From Eledone cirrhosa (taxonomy: Eukaryota), in contig OZ024756.1 in assembly GCA_964016885.1 (NCBI GenBank), positions 13,330,001 to 13,394,000 on the forward strand: DNA of 64,000 nt, in the 5' to 3' direction. Made by a program: the position numbers and the translations under genes. Positions 1 through 11,487 of this stretch are shown here, one piece after another. Every line of letters starts with the position of its first letter. The stretch's first letter is position 1. A model generated the notes under the pieces. The model was not told the origin of the DNA. It made no database searches and worked only from the letters and a program-made list of their open reading frames with translations.

Positions 1-5
1 TGTTA

Positions 6-153
<148 letters not shown>

Positions 154-256
154 TAAATCTACCAAAAGTTTACGGTAGTGTCCAATCCGTATGAAGAACT
201 CAATGTAATCCGGGTATCATGGAAAGAAGAGATGCATTCAGAAATCGCTTTCGGTG

Positions 257-387
257 ATTTCTGAAGACAGCATATATATGTGATGGTATGTATATTCTCT
301 TTGATAGTTTGTATAATTTTGTACATAGATCTGTTGAATATGCATACCAATTCTAACACATATATGTCCTAGAAACGATCGTTAAAT
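257..387 (+). ncRNA. Type I hammerhead ribozyme motif with long stem II (Penelope pLTR type)
   Basis: ATTT-CTGAAGA-[about 100 nt closed by CATATATATGTG/CACATATATG]-GAAA-C-GATC-G-TT-AAAT; palindromic tetraloop stem III. Confidence 0.65.
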
Positions 388-447
388 AATGAACTTTTTT
401 TGTTTAATATAAGGAACTGTTTCATTGTTTTATTCATTATTTTTTTA

Positions 448-521
<74 letters not shown>

Positions 522-549
522 TGTATGTATGTATATATATACATATATA

Positions 550-1407
550 CAGGGTGTGGACGATATTTGTTCACAAGATTACTGTCTAGGAAAAGTAACA
601 CAGTAGTTTTATTTCTTAAGATATATTTATCAAATTTGGGTCAGTTTGTCGATCGCACTTGATAAACCTGCCATTGGCTTTGATGACGGCCTCAAGGCGG
701 CCTCGGAACCGGCTACATCCTTCGTCACTGTCCCCCGACTTAGGCCCCTAAAGGCACTTGTGATCCTGGCCTTCAGATCGTCTTTCGTATTGCAGCTAGA
801 TCTGTTGGTGTCTCATTCCACTGCGCCACACACAAAGAAGTCGAGGGGGTTGCAGTCAGGCGAGCTGGGAGGCCAGATGTCAGGTGAAGTGTGGTCAACG
901 AAGTTCTCTGACAGCCAGGCTTGGGTCTTTCGACTGGTATGGCAGGGAGCTGAGTCTTGCTGCCACACGTACGACCTACCTGCAGCTACCTGGTCGATCC
1001 AGGGCTTTACTACCTCGCTCAGAACGCGGATGAAGCCATCAGTGTTCAGCTTGAGGCCCTCAGGGAAGAAGTGTGGTGGCATGACGTCACCTTGACTGCT
1101 GACGACACCTAAGACCAAACTTTGTCTGTATGAGTCTGGGCACGTCTTTGGATGAGACAGCGGGCCACCTGTTGTTCTGGAAGTTGATCTTCTGGTCTTA
1201 TTTATCCTCCTGGCGCAGATTCCAAGAAGAACTCCGTGTCTCTTCCACAAATTTGGAGGCTCAAAATTATTCATAATCAATTATTCTGAAAATAAATAAT
1301 GTAAATATAGTCACTGTTTTTATGAAGACAAGAGTGAGAACGGAAGTAAAAAAAATTTACATAAAATTAGCAGTTGAAAATTGCGAACAAATATCATCCG
1401 CACCCTG
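550..1407 (-). mobile_element. Tc1/mariner superfamily, maT (DD37D)-type element, internally deleted
   Basis: TA-flanked TIRs CAGGGTGTGGACGATATTTGTTCACAA / TTGCGAACAAATATCATCCGCACCCTG; transposase remnant WQQDSAPCH...WPPSSPDCNPLD with 37 residues between the two Asp. Confidence 0.85.
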
Positions 1408-1623
1408 TATATATGTATGTATATATGTATATATATGTATTCATACATAATACATATATATATATATATACATATATATATATGTATAGTATTTTGCTCT
1501 GATTAATTTATTAATTCTCTATTGAGCGACATCGTGAAAAGTTGCAAAAACACATATATACCTGTGACTTTGTTTAATTGGTGTATGTGTAAATATTTAT
1601 ATATATATATATATATATTTATA

Positions 1624-4600
1624 TCATCATCACCGTTTTACGTCCGTTCTTCCACGCTAGCATGGGTTAGACGGGTTGTCCTGTTGTGGGCAGTGTCTGG
1701 TCGGCTGACCATGCCTTGCTCATACAGGAACTGATCTGGCTTGATTTCTACGGCTGGATGCCCTTCCTAACACCAACCTCATTTACAGTGAGTGCTGGGT
1801 GCTTTTTCGTGGCGCCTACACGTCCACTTTACAGTGTGGGCTGGGTGCTTTTTTTGCCGTGGCACCTCCACGGCCACCTTGCGGTGGAGGGGGGGGGGGG
1901 GGGCATATTGTTTATATGCTTCAGCATGTACCCATGGGAGGTCGGGTACCCTGTATTACTGCGTGACGCCAGAAGTCACGGTCGTGTGTCATTGACTTTG
2001 AGAGGTGTAGTTGGGTAAGGTCGGCTTTTATCACCTCATCCCAAGTCATCTTGGGTCTCCCCACTCCGCGGTTTCCATCAACTTCTAGTGCTCTGCACCT
2101 TTTTATGCAGCTGTCATCCTTCATACGCATCACATGTCCATACCAGCGTAACCGCCTCTCCTGCACGCAGCATTTGATTCCTCTTATGCTCAGTCTCTCT
2201 CTCAATTCCTTTATGCTTTGTCGTTCGTGTATATTATTATTACACATCCATCGGAGCATGCAGGCTTCGTTTCTCTCTAATCTACGTAAGTCTTCCACCT
2301 TCAGCGCCCAGGTCTCACTACCATGCAACATCGCTGTTCGGATACACGCATCATACAGTCTGCCTTTCATTCTGAGGGAGAAGCCTTTTGCAGCTAGCAG
2401 TGGTAGTAGTTCCCTAAACTTCTTCCATCCCGTTCTTACCCTAGTTATTGTACTTTCTGAGCACCCACCTCCGTTGCTAATTCGGTCACCTAGGTAGCAG
2501 AAGCTGTCTACTGTTTCTACAGGGCCCTCCCAGAGATTGGTGATACTTGTTTCCTGTGGCTGTTTGCTTGCTGTTTCAGCACAGCTGCTGCATGTGAATC
2601 CTACATTCTTAATTAAGCTTCCTGAGATCCCGCTACATCTCTTGTGTACCCATTGTTTGCATTTGGGGCAGAGAATGGAGTTTCTACCTACACCTTTCCT
2701 ACATACTGAGCAAGGCCATTTCCCTGAGGGGATCTGGGTTCTGTTTTCTCGTCTACTTACAAGGACCTTAGTCTTTGTCATGTTGACTTTGAGGCCCTTT
2801 CTCTCTAGTCCCTGCTTCCAGGTTTGGAATTTATTCTCTAGTTCTACCATAGATTCAGCTATGAGTGCGAGGTCATCAGCATACAGGAGTTCCCATGGGC
2901 ATCCGGTCTTAAACTCCTCCGTTATTGCCTGCAGGACTATGATGAACAGGAGAGGGCTAAGAACAGAGCCCTGGTGGACCCCAACCTGTACGCTAAATTC
3001 CTCGCTATACTCATTGCCAATCCTAACTTTGCTGACTGCTCCCCTATACATGGCTTGTACCGCTTTCACAAGCCATTCATCTACTCCTAGTTTTCTAAGA
3101 GCCCACCAGATTACTGCACGTGGAACTCTGTCAAAGGCTTTCTCAAGGTCGACAAATGCCAAGTAGAGTGGCTTACTTTTAGCTAGGTACTTTTCCTGTA
3201 ATTGCCTCACAAGGAAGAGGGCATCAGTGGTGCCTTTCCCTGGTACAAACCCAAATTGCATCTCGTCTATATTCACCCGGTCCCTAATCAGCTGTGCTAT
3301 AACTCTTTCTGTTACTTTCATGACCTGGTCCATCAACTTTATACCTCTATAGTTTCCTCTATCTAGTGCATCGCCTTTACCTTTGTAGCAGTTGACAATG
3401 ATGCTACTGCACCAATCTTTTGGTATGGCCCCCTCTAGTATTACCTGGTTAACGATACGTGTGGTTATAGTGTGACCTACAGACCCAGATGCCTTCAGCA
3501 TCTCGGCAGCTATACCCGATGGACCGGTTGCCTTCCCTATCTTCATATCTCTGATTGCCTTACTTACTACGCTGCCGCTGACTTGTACTGCTGGTCCCTC
3601 TATAGGGTCTACGTGGGGTAGGGTCTCTTCTTCCCATGCATTCTCCTCATTTAGTAATCTATCATAATGACTCTTCCATGCATCTTTCTTCTCAGCACTT
3701 GTGAGGGCAAGCTCACCTTTATCATTCCGGATACACTTCTCTCCAATGACATCACAACTATCTCTGACACACTGCCTCGCAATCTTGAATACCTCCTGTT
3801 TCTGGTCCTCACGTTGTAAAACATGCTTGAATTTTCTATCCTCTGCTTCCCTCCTAGCTAAGTATACTTGTCGCCTAGCTTCCCTCTTGGTCTCTATGTA
3901 ATGTACCCTGCTCCCCCCGTTCTTCCATTCTTTCCATGCCTGTCTCTTGGCCTTGACTGCTTCATCTACCTTATTGTTCCACCACCAAGTCACTCTCCTC
4001 CTGCTTGAGGTCTTACTCCAGCCACAAACCTCATCCGTCGCCTCTAGTAAGTTATTTTTTAGGAACTCCCAGTTCTCTTCTACGTTAAATGTCTCTATCT
4101 GTTCTTCTTTACTGTCGTAGGCGTTGAGTAAAATATCTTTAAATCTGTTACTGGTTGAGGGGACTTTCAGCTTCCAGATCTTTCTTCTCCAGGTTGGCCT
4201 CTGTTTCAGGGCTCGTCTAGTTCTGACCGTGAGGTCGCTGACAACTAAGCTATGTTGGGATGTACATTCCTCACTAGGGAAGGCTTTTGTGTTTACGACC
4301 GTCCATCTGTCACGTCCTCTGATGAGGATAAAATCTAACTGACTAGAGTGCTCCCCTGATCTATAGGTGATCAGGTGGTTGTCGGGTTTTTTAAAGTTTG
4401 TGTTACATATCGACATGTCATTGGCGTCGCAGAATTCTAGAAGTCTGAATCCTTCCTCATTCCTTGTGCCAACTCCATGGCCTCCATGTACTCTATTGAA
4501 GCCGTCGCAGTGTTTACCTACGTGTCCGTTAAAATCTCCTGCAATGATTAGGAAGTCCTTGTCGTCTGTTAGAGCAGTAGTGTGTATTAGGGACTCGTAA

Positions 4601-5545
4601 AACCTATCCTTAAGTTCGTCTGGCAGCCCCGATTGGGGTGCGTAAGCTGATATTATTGTGGTAATTGTCTTATTCAGGACTAGTCTAAGTTTAATGATTC
4701 TTGCATTTACCCTGTACACTGAGATTACTTTATCTACCCACTTGTCAGCTAATAGTATACCTACACCACCCATCCCATCGTCATTTCCCACCCAGAAAAA
4801 TTTGTAGCACTGGCTTTTTCCTACAAGGACTCTAGCAGACCCTCCTCTCCATCTAGTCTCTTGCACACAGCATACATCAACTTCCTTTCGCTCTAGCATT
4901 TCTACGATTTCTCCTGCTCTTCCTTTCATTGAGCCTACATTGATGGTACCAACTCGGAGTTTTGGGCATTTGTCGACACTCGTAGGGGAGGGTCTCTGGG
5001 TTGGCGCTTCACGTGGGTGCTTGGTAGCTCGCAGATTCATATTTCATCTATTGATTCAGAGTTGCTCGTGTATTCCCAGCTCATCCATCCATAACGGTGG
5101 GAAAATTGAGGGCTAGAAGAACAGTGGTGGTGGGGTAATGGCAGGGTGTGTTGGGATGCGCCAGAGGAGGAGAGAGTTAGTTAGGCAGGTAGTAGCAGCA
5201 GTGGAAATGGCATGCTAGGTTTGATTGGTCGAATAGACTATGGTGGTGTGTGGGGGTGGGGGGAAATTGTGAGGTAGGAAATGAGGGTCGCATGGTAAAT
5301 ATCCAAGTTAATACTACATCAGTAAAATTAACAATAATAACGTCATGAAAAAAAAAAACTACTAAGAGAAACCCTAGAAAATTTATCGCTAATACAGCAG
5401 GGAAAATTTAACGCTAATACAGCAGGGAACATCATAATATTAACGACAATATGTAGGCTAAAATACCTTCGTAGATTAGATGGATGGCTGGAATAATTGG
5501 AGTCAGCTCTAGTGGTACATTTTAGCAGAGAAGAATGGGAAAGTA
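1624..5545 (-). mobile_element. Full-length RTE-clade non-LTR retrotransposon (family A)
   Basis: About 500-nt 5'UTR, single intact 1039-aa ORF, 3'UTR ending in a (GAT)n tail; sits in a (TA)n tract. The 5' boundary is approximate. Confidence 0.92.
1921..5040 (-). CDS. LINE ORF2: APE endonuclease + reverse transcriptase + PHD-type zinc finger + RTE C-terminus
   Basis: TINV..VQETRW..SAYAPQ..GDFNGH..DFIL..SQH (APE); YRGIKL, QFGF, FVDLEKAFD, GVHQGSVLSPLLF, LLYADDL (RT); CSVC..CPKC..HKRC..CSSC; RRLRWYGHV..GRPKMTW. Confidence 0.95.
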   Translation of the reverse strand: MNLRATKHPREAPTQRPSPTSVDKCPKLRVGTINVGSMKGRAGEIVEMLERKEVDVCCVQETRWRGGSARVLVGKSQCYKFFWVGNDDGMGGVGILLADKWVDKVISVYRVNARIIKLRLVLNKTITTIISAYAPQSGLPDELKDRFYESLIHTTALTDDKDFLIIAGDFNGHVGKHCDGFNRVHGGHGVGTRNEEGFRLLEFCDANDMSICNTNFKKPDNHLITYRSGEHSSQLDFILIRGRDRWTVVNTKAFPSEECTSQHSLVVSDLTVRTRRALKQRPTWRRKIWKLKVPSTSNRFKDILLNAYDSKEEQIETFNVEENWEFLKNNLLEATDEVCGWSKTSSRRRVTWWWNNKVDEAVKAKRQAWKEWKNGGSRVHYIETKREARRQVYLARREAEDRKFKHVLQREDQKQEVFKIARQCVRDSCDVIGEKCIRNDKGELALTSAEKKDAWKSHYDRLLNEENAWEEETLPHVDPIEGPAVQVSGSVVSKAIRDMKIGKATGPSGIAAEMLKASGSVGHTITTRIVNQVILEGAIPKDWCSSIIVNCYKGKGDALDRGNYRGIKLMDQVMKVTERVIAQLIRDRVNIDEMQFGFVPGKGTTDALFLVRQLQEKYLAKSKPLYLAFVDLEKAFDRVPRAVIWWALRKLGVDEWLVKAVQAMYRGAVSKVRIGNEYSEEFSVQVGVHQGSVLSPLLFIIVLQAITEEFKTGCPWELLYADDLALIAESMVELENKFQTWKQGLERKGLKVNMTKTKVLVSRRENRTQIPSGKWPCSVCRKGVGRNSILCPKCKQWVHKRCSGISGSLIKNVGFTCSSCAETASKQPQETSITNLWEGPVETVDSFCYLGDRISNGGGCSESTITRVRTGWKKFRELLPLLAAKGFSLRMKGRLYDACIRTAMLHGSETWALKVEDLRRLERNEACMLRWMCNNNIHERQSIKELRERLSIRGIKCCVQERRLRWYGHVMRMKDDSCIKRCRALEVDGNRGVGRPKMTWDEVIKADLTQLHLSKSMTHDRDFWRHAVIQGTRPPMGTC

Positions 5546-5741
5546 TCTATATATATATTTATTTATATATATATATATAAATATATATATATTTATATAT
5601 ATATAAATATTTACACATACACCAATTAAACAAAGTCACAGGTATATATGTGTTTTTGCAACATATATATATATCTATGCAGATATATATGATGATGATG
5701 GCTGCCCCCTCGTTATCGAGTATGGTCATTGCATGAGAAAA

Positions 5742-5791
<50 letters not shown>

Positions 5792-6074
5792 TTTACACAT
5801 ACACCAATTAAACAAAGTCACAGGTATATATGTGTTTTTGCAACTTTTTACGATGTGGCTCAATGGAGAATTAATAAATTAATCAGAGCAAAATACTATA
5901 CATATATATATATATATACTATAGAGTAAAGCATGTCCAGAGAATTATTTGATAATATATATACATCATCTCTACTCCCAATCAGCATAATTAACCACAC
6001 AAAAAAATCAATTGGGAATAGAGATGATGTATATATATTATCAAATAATTCTCTGGACATGCTTTACTCTATAG

Positions 6075-6109
<35 letters not shown>

Positions 6110-6144
<35 letters not shown>

Positions 6145-6830
6145 CAATAATAATAACGCTTTCTTTATTAACCACAAGGGTTTACACAAAGTAGACATTA
6201 AGGACAGTACAGGACAATACAGGACGGTACAAAAGGGCATTTCTGCATGTAAAAAAAACCCCCCAAAACAGAGGATGTAATAATAGAACAATGAAAAAAT
6301 TCCCCAATAGGGGGGAGTCTGCTGAGGGACATTCGTGGAGAAAGCCCATTAAAAAGCCACAGTGACCCTGACCACCAGGGCAAGTGCCCTCTCCCAGTTT
6401 TCCACCTTTAATTTACAGACACATACTCAGAGTAAGTCCATTCACTCGGGCCATTCTTGCCTCTCTCACCCATCTTTCAACAAAATGCTGGGAAGATAGC
6501 ATTTCCCTCTCTACCCTAATGACAACAACAATAATAATATACATATACATATATATACACACACACAAACATACCTTAACACACACACACACACGATAGC
6601 AACTAACAGCGCTGCGATCGAACGTGGCTTTTTAGCCCAGTCAATGATAAAAAATGTCTTGCACAGAGTCGGCAACCAAAACATTCACAAAAAGAGAATA
6701 AAACCAACAAACAAACAAAAAAAGTCAAAATAACAAATCACACACACGCACACGCACACAACACAACACAACAACTCCCAAAAATGCCATCACTGCCATC
6801 ACCATCACCAGTGACCGGGCCTTAAGAAAG
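6110..6830 (-). mobile_element. Short Tx1/L1-like derivative (3' end with (TTA)n tail)
   Basis: Minus strand reads ..HFVERWVREARMARVN..; the 3' end cttgtggttaataaagaaa matches the element end at about 13265-13285. Confidence 0.5.
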
Positions 6831-6865
6831 CATATATATATACATACATATATATATATATATAT

Positions 6866-7228
6866 CATCATCATCATCATCACCGTTTTACGTCCGTTCT
6901 TCCACGCTAGCATGGGTTAGACGGGTTGTCCTGTTGTGGGCAGTGTCTGGTCGGCTCATACAGGAACTGATCTGGCTTGATTTCTACAGCTGGATGCCCT
7001 TCCTAACACCAACCTCATTTACAGTGAGTGCTGGGTGCTTTTTCGTGGCGCCTACACGTCCACTTTACAGTGTGGGCTGGGTGCTTTTTTTGCCGTGGCA
7101 CCTCCACGACCACCTTGCGGTGGGGGGAGTGGGGGCATATTGTTTATATGCTTCAGCATGTACCCATGGGAGGTCGGGTACCCTGTATTACTGCGTGACG
7201 CCAGAAGTCACGGTCGTGTGTCATTGTC
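6866..7228 (-). mobile_element. RTE family A, 3'-terminal fragment
   Basis: Near-identical to 1624-1995, with (CAT)n tail on +, inside (TA)n. Confidence 0.9.
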
Positions 7229-7365
7229 TTTATATATATATAAACAACTTGCATATTTCTACAAGTACATTGTACCTGTTGAGGTATTCATCCACTTTTA
7301 TATATATATATGTATATATATATATGTATTATGTATGAATGCAAATATAGATATACATACATACA

Positions 7366-7405
<40 letters not shown>

Positions 7406-7504
7406 TGTATTATGTATGAATGCATATATATATACATATATGCATACATACATATACATATACATATATATACATATATATATATACATGTACATATACA
7501 TGTG

Positions 7505-7538
<34 letters not shown>

Positions 7539-7719
7539 CATATGTACATATATGTATGTACATATATATGTAGGCATATATATATGTGTGTGTGTGTGTG
7601 TGTTTTTGTATGTATGTGTGAGCGCCTTTCAATGTTCTTGCTTAGACACAAACAGGATCTCCTCACGGTATTTAGAGATACTATACATGGGAAAAATTCC
7701 TCATTAATCATTCATACAT

Positions 7720-7752
<33 letters not shown>

Positions 7753-7755
7753 CAT

Positions 7756-7896
<141 letters not shown>

Positions 7897-7990
7897 CACA
7901 TATATATATATATAGGTTCCCATGTCAGTTTGTATACACCTACACACAACTAAACAAGAGCCCCTTTTCTCACGTACATATATGACTAGT

Positions 7991-8025
7991 TATATAAATT
8001 GGGTGTAATCTTACTAGATTCACTT
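7991..8025 (+). promoter_or_regulatory. Core promoter (TATA box plus initiator) of the peroxidase-like gene
   Basis: TATATAAA at 7991-7998; Inr-like TCACTT at 8020-8025 (A at 8022, about 30 nt downstream of the TATA); AAAAATG start codon at 8063 followed by donor AG|gtaagt. Confidence 0.65.
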
Positions 8026-8062
8026 TCCTAAAATAAATCGGTTTTCTTCCAACACTTGAAAA

Positions 8063-8067
8063 ATGAG
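8063..8067 (+). CDS. Peroxidase-like exon 1, coding part (ATG AG)
   Basis: aaaATGAG|gtaagt consensus donor; phase 2 joins exon 2 to give M-R-S. Confidence 0.7.
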
Positions 8068-11000
8068 GTAAGTTATTTTCTCTCACACTGAGCCGACCAA
8101 AATCGCACATTGGGGCCCATCTTTTCATGATAGTCATATACTAGGTAACATATTCTGATGACCCCTAGAAGTGAAAGTATAGTACTTAATGGAAATATAA
8201 CAATTAATTCTTCTTCTACCTGTTGGTTTTACCCGTTGGTTTTACCCGTTGGTTTTATCCGTTGGTTTTATCCGTTGGTTTTACCCGTTGGTTTTACCCG
8301 TTGGTTTTACCCGTAAAATCTTTCCAGCGATTTTGTCCTAAGACTTTTTAACCAATTAATTAGAAACATTAATTAATGTACCATATATCAGTAAAATAAA
8401 AAGGTATTTGTCTCCCTAAATATAATTTTTATGTGTTTGTAAATCTCTTTAGATATTCATATATTCATAAACCATGGTGCTATAATACACACACACACAC
8501 ATATATATGTGTGTGTGTGTATATATATATCATCATCATCATTTAACGTTTATCTTCCACACAAGCATGGATATATATATGTATATGTGTATATATATGT
8601 ATATGTGTATATATATGTATATGTGTATATATATGTATTTGTGTATATATATGTATTTGTGTATATATATATCATCATCATCATCATCATTTTACGTCCG
8701 CTTTTCCCTGCTTGCAAGGGTGGGACGGGAATTGATTCTGGCTTGATTTCTACAGCTGGATGCCCTTCCTAACACCAACCTCATTTACAGTGAGTGCTGG
8801 GTGCTTTTTTGCCGTGGCACCTCCACGACCACTTTACAGTGGAATGATAGGGACCCCAGTCCCTATCATCTCATTTCTACAGCTGAGTAAACTGGAGCAA
8901 TGTGAAATAAAGTGTCTTGCTCAAGGAAACAACACATCACCCGGTCTGAGAATTGAACTCACAACCTTTCGATTGCAAGGCCAACGCTCTAACCACTAAG
9001 CCATGTGCCTCCATTGAATATATATATATATATAAAACAATATTGTAATGAAGTCTTCGGAAAGACCGATATATCTCCGACCACTTTCTCACTTACTCAA
9101 AGCTTTAATTAAGCCAGCATCATTAAGATAGCAACCAAAAAGGAAAGCAGAGTGCACACTATTACGTTAAATATATATATATAATTATCATCATCATTTT
9201 TACATCTCTTGTTCACACTTGCATGGGTTGGCTGGGTCCTAGCATCTCTCCACTTGCCGCATTTCTTTGTCATCTCCTCTGAGAATCTCAGCTCTCACCA
9301 CCTCTGCCCAGGTCTTTCTCGGTCTACCCTACCTCTACTGTGGCATCCATCATCTCTCACCACCTCTGCCCAGGTCTTTCTCGGTCTACCTCTACTGTGG
9401 CTTCCATCATCTCTCACCACCTCTGCCCAGGTCTTTCTCGGTCTACCTCTACTGTGGCTTCCATCATCTCTCACCACCTCTGCCCAGGTCTTTCTCTGTC
9501 TACCTCTACTGTGGCTTCCATCATCTCTCACCACCTCTGCCCAGGTCTTTCTTGGTCTACCTCTACTGTAGCTTCCATCAGCTCTCACCACCTCTGCCCA
9601 GGTCTTTCTCGGTCTACCTCTACTGTAGCTTCCATCAGCTCTCACCACCTCTGCCCAGGTCTTTCTCTGTCTACCTCTACTGTGGCTTCCATCAGCTCTC
9701 ACCACCTCTGCCCAGGTCTTTCTCGGTCTACCTCTACTGTGGCATCCATCATCTCTCACCACCTCTGCCCAGGTCTTTCTCTGTCTACCTCTACTGTGTC
9801 TTCCATCATCTCTCACCACCTCTGCCCAGGTCTTACTCGGTCTACCTCTACTGTGTCTTCCATCATCTCTCACCACCTCTGCCCAGGTCTTTCTTGGTCT
9901 ACCTCTACTGTGGCATCCATCATCTCTCACCACCTCTGCCCAGGTTTTTCTCTGTCTACCTCTACTGTGGCTTCCATCATCTCTCACCACCTCTGCCCAG
10001 GTCTTACTCGGTCTACCTCTACTGTGGCTTCCATCAGCTCTCACCACCTCTGCCCAGGTCTTTCTCTGTCTACCCTACCTCTACTGTGGCTTCCATCATC
10101 TCTCACCACCTCTGCCCAGGTCTTTCTCTGTCTACCTCTACTGTGGCATCCATCATCTCTCACCACCTCTGCCCAGGTCTTTCTCTGTCTACCTCTACTG
10201 TGGCATCCATCATCTCTCACCACCTCTGCCCAGGTCTTTCTCTGTCTACCTCTACTGTGGCATCCATCATCTCTCACCACCTCTGCCCAGGTCTTTCTCT
10301 GTCTACCTCTACTGTGGCATCCATCATCTCTCACCACCTCTGCCCAGGTTTTTCTCTGTCTACCTCTACTGTGGCATCCATCATCTCTCACCACCTCTGC
10401 CCAGGTCTTTCTCTGTCTACCTCTACTGTGGCTTCCATCATCTCTCACCACCTCTGCCCAGGTCTTTCTCTGTCTACCTCTACTGTGGCATCCATCATCT
10501 CTCACCACCTCTGCCCAGGTTTTTCTCTGTCTACCTCTACTGTGGCTTCCATCAGCTCTCACCACCTCTGCCCAGGTCTTTCTCTGTCTACCCTACCGTT
10601 ACTGTGGCTTCCATCAGCTCTCACCACCTCTGCCCAGGTCTTTCTCTGTCTACCTCTACTGTGGCTTCCATCATCTCTCACCCCCTCTGCCCAGGTCTTT
10701 CTTGGTCTACCTCTACTGTGGCTTCCATCATCTCTCACCACCTCTGCCCAGGTCTTACTTGGTCTACCTCTACTGTGGCTTCCATCAGCTCTCACCACCT
10801 CTGCCCAGGTCTTTCTCGGGCTCCCTAGATGGATAACCCACACTCTATAGGTAACCCACACACTATAGGTAACCCACACACTATGGGTAACTCACACACT
10901 ATGGGTAACCCACACACTATGGGTAACCCACACACTATGGGTAACCCACACATTATGGGTAACCCACACACTATGGGTAACCCGCACACTATGGGTAACC

Positions 11001-11450
11001 CACAACATCTGCTGTATTTAGATTGATGATGATGTCAGTGAAAATGAATACACTTACTATTATAACACACAGATGGGTGGTAGATTGACAATAATTGGCA
11101 GAGCGTAGGACAACGTGCTTTGCAACATAGAGTTACATCTATTTATATTCCGAGTTCAAATTCTGCTGATGTTAGCTTTACCTTTCATCCTTGCAAGGTC
11201 AATTAAATAAAGTACCAGTAACATACTGGGGTTGATCTAATTTGTATATATATATATGTTGTTTTTATTTTTCAGATCAGAAATATTTATCGTCCCTTTG
11301 ATGTTATTGTTTACAGGATGTAAGTATAGTTATCTTTATATCTATCTATTTATCTATCTATCTGTCTATTTATGTTTCTTTCTCTCTCTCCCCCCCTCTC
11401 TCTTTCTCTATCTATCTGTCTATCTGTCTATCTGTCTGTCTTTCTGTCTG

Positions 11451-11487
<37 letters not shown>

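Noticed and set aside
2051-4600. Plus-strand ORFs overlapping the LINE
   Set aside because: Antisense shadows of ORF2 with no motifs.
9044-9078. Weak hammerhead-like strings (also about 48325-48425 and 60084-60100)
   Set aside because: Core nucleotides altered and no pairing stem I; indistinguishable from chance.
9267-10850. Long repetitive ORFs on both strands
   Set aside because: By-product of a stop-free 57-bp unit; no splice signals or unique domain.
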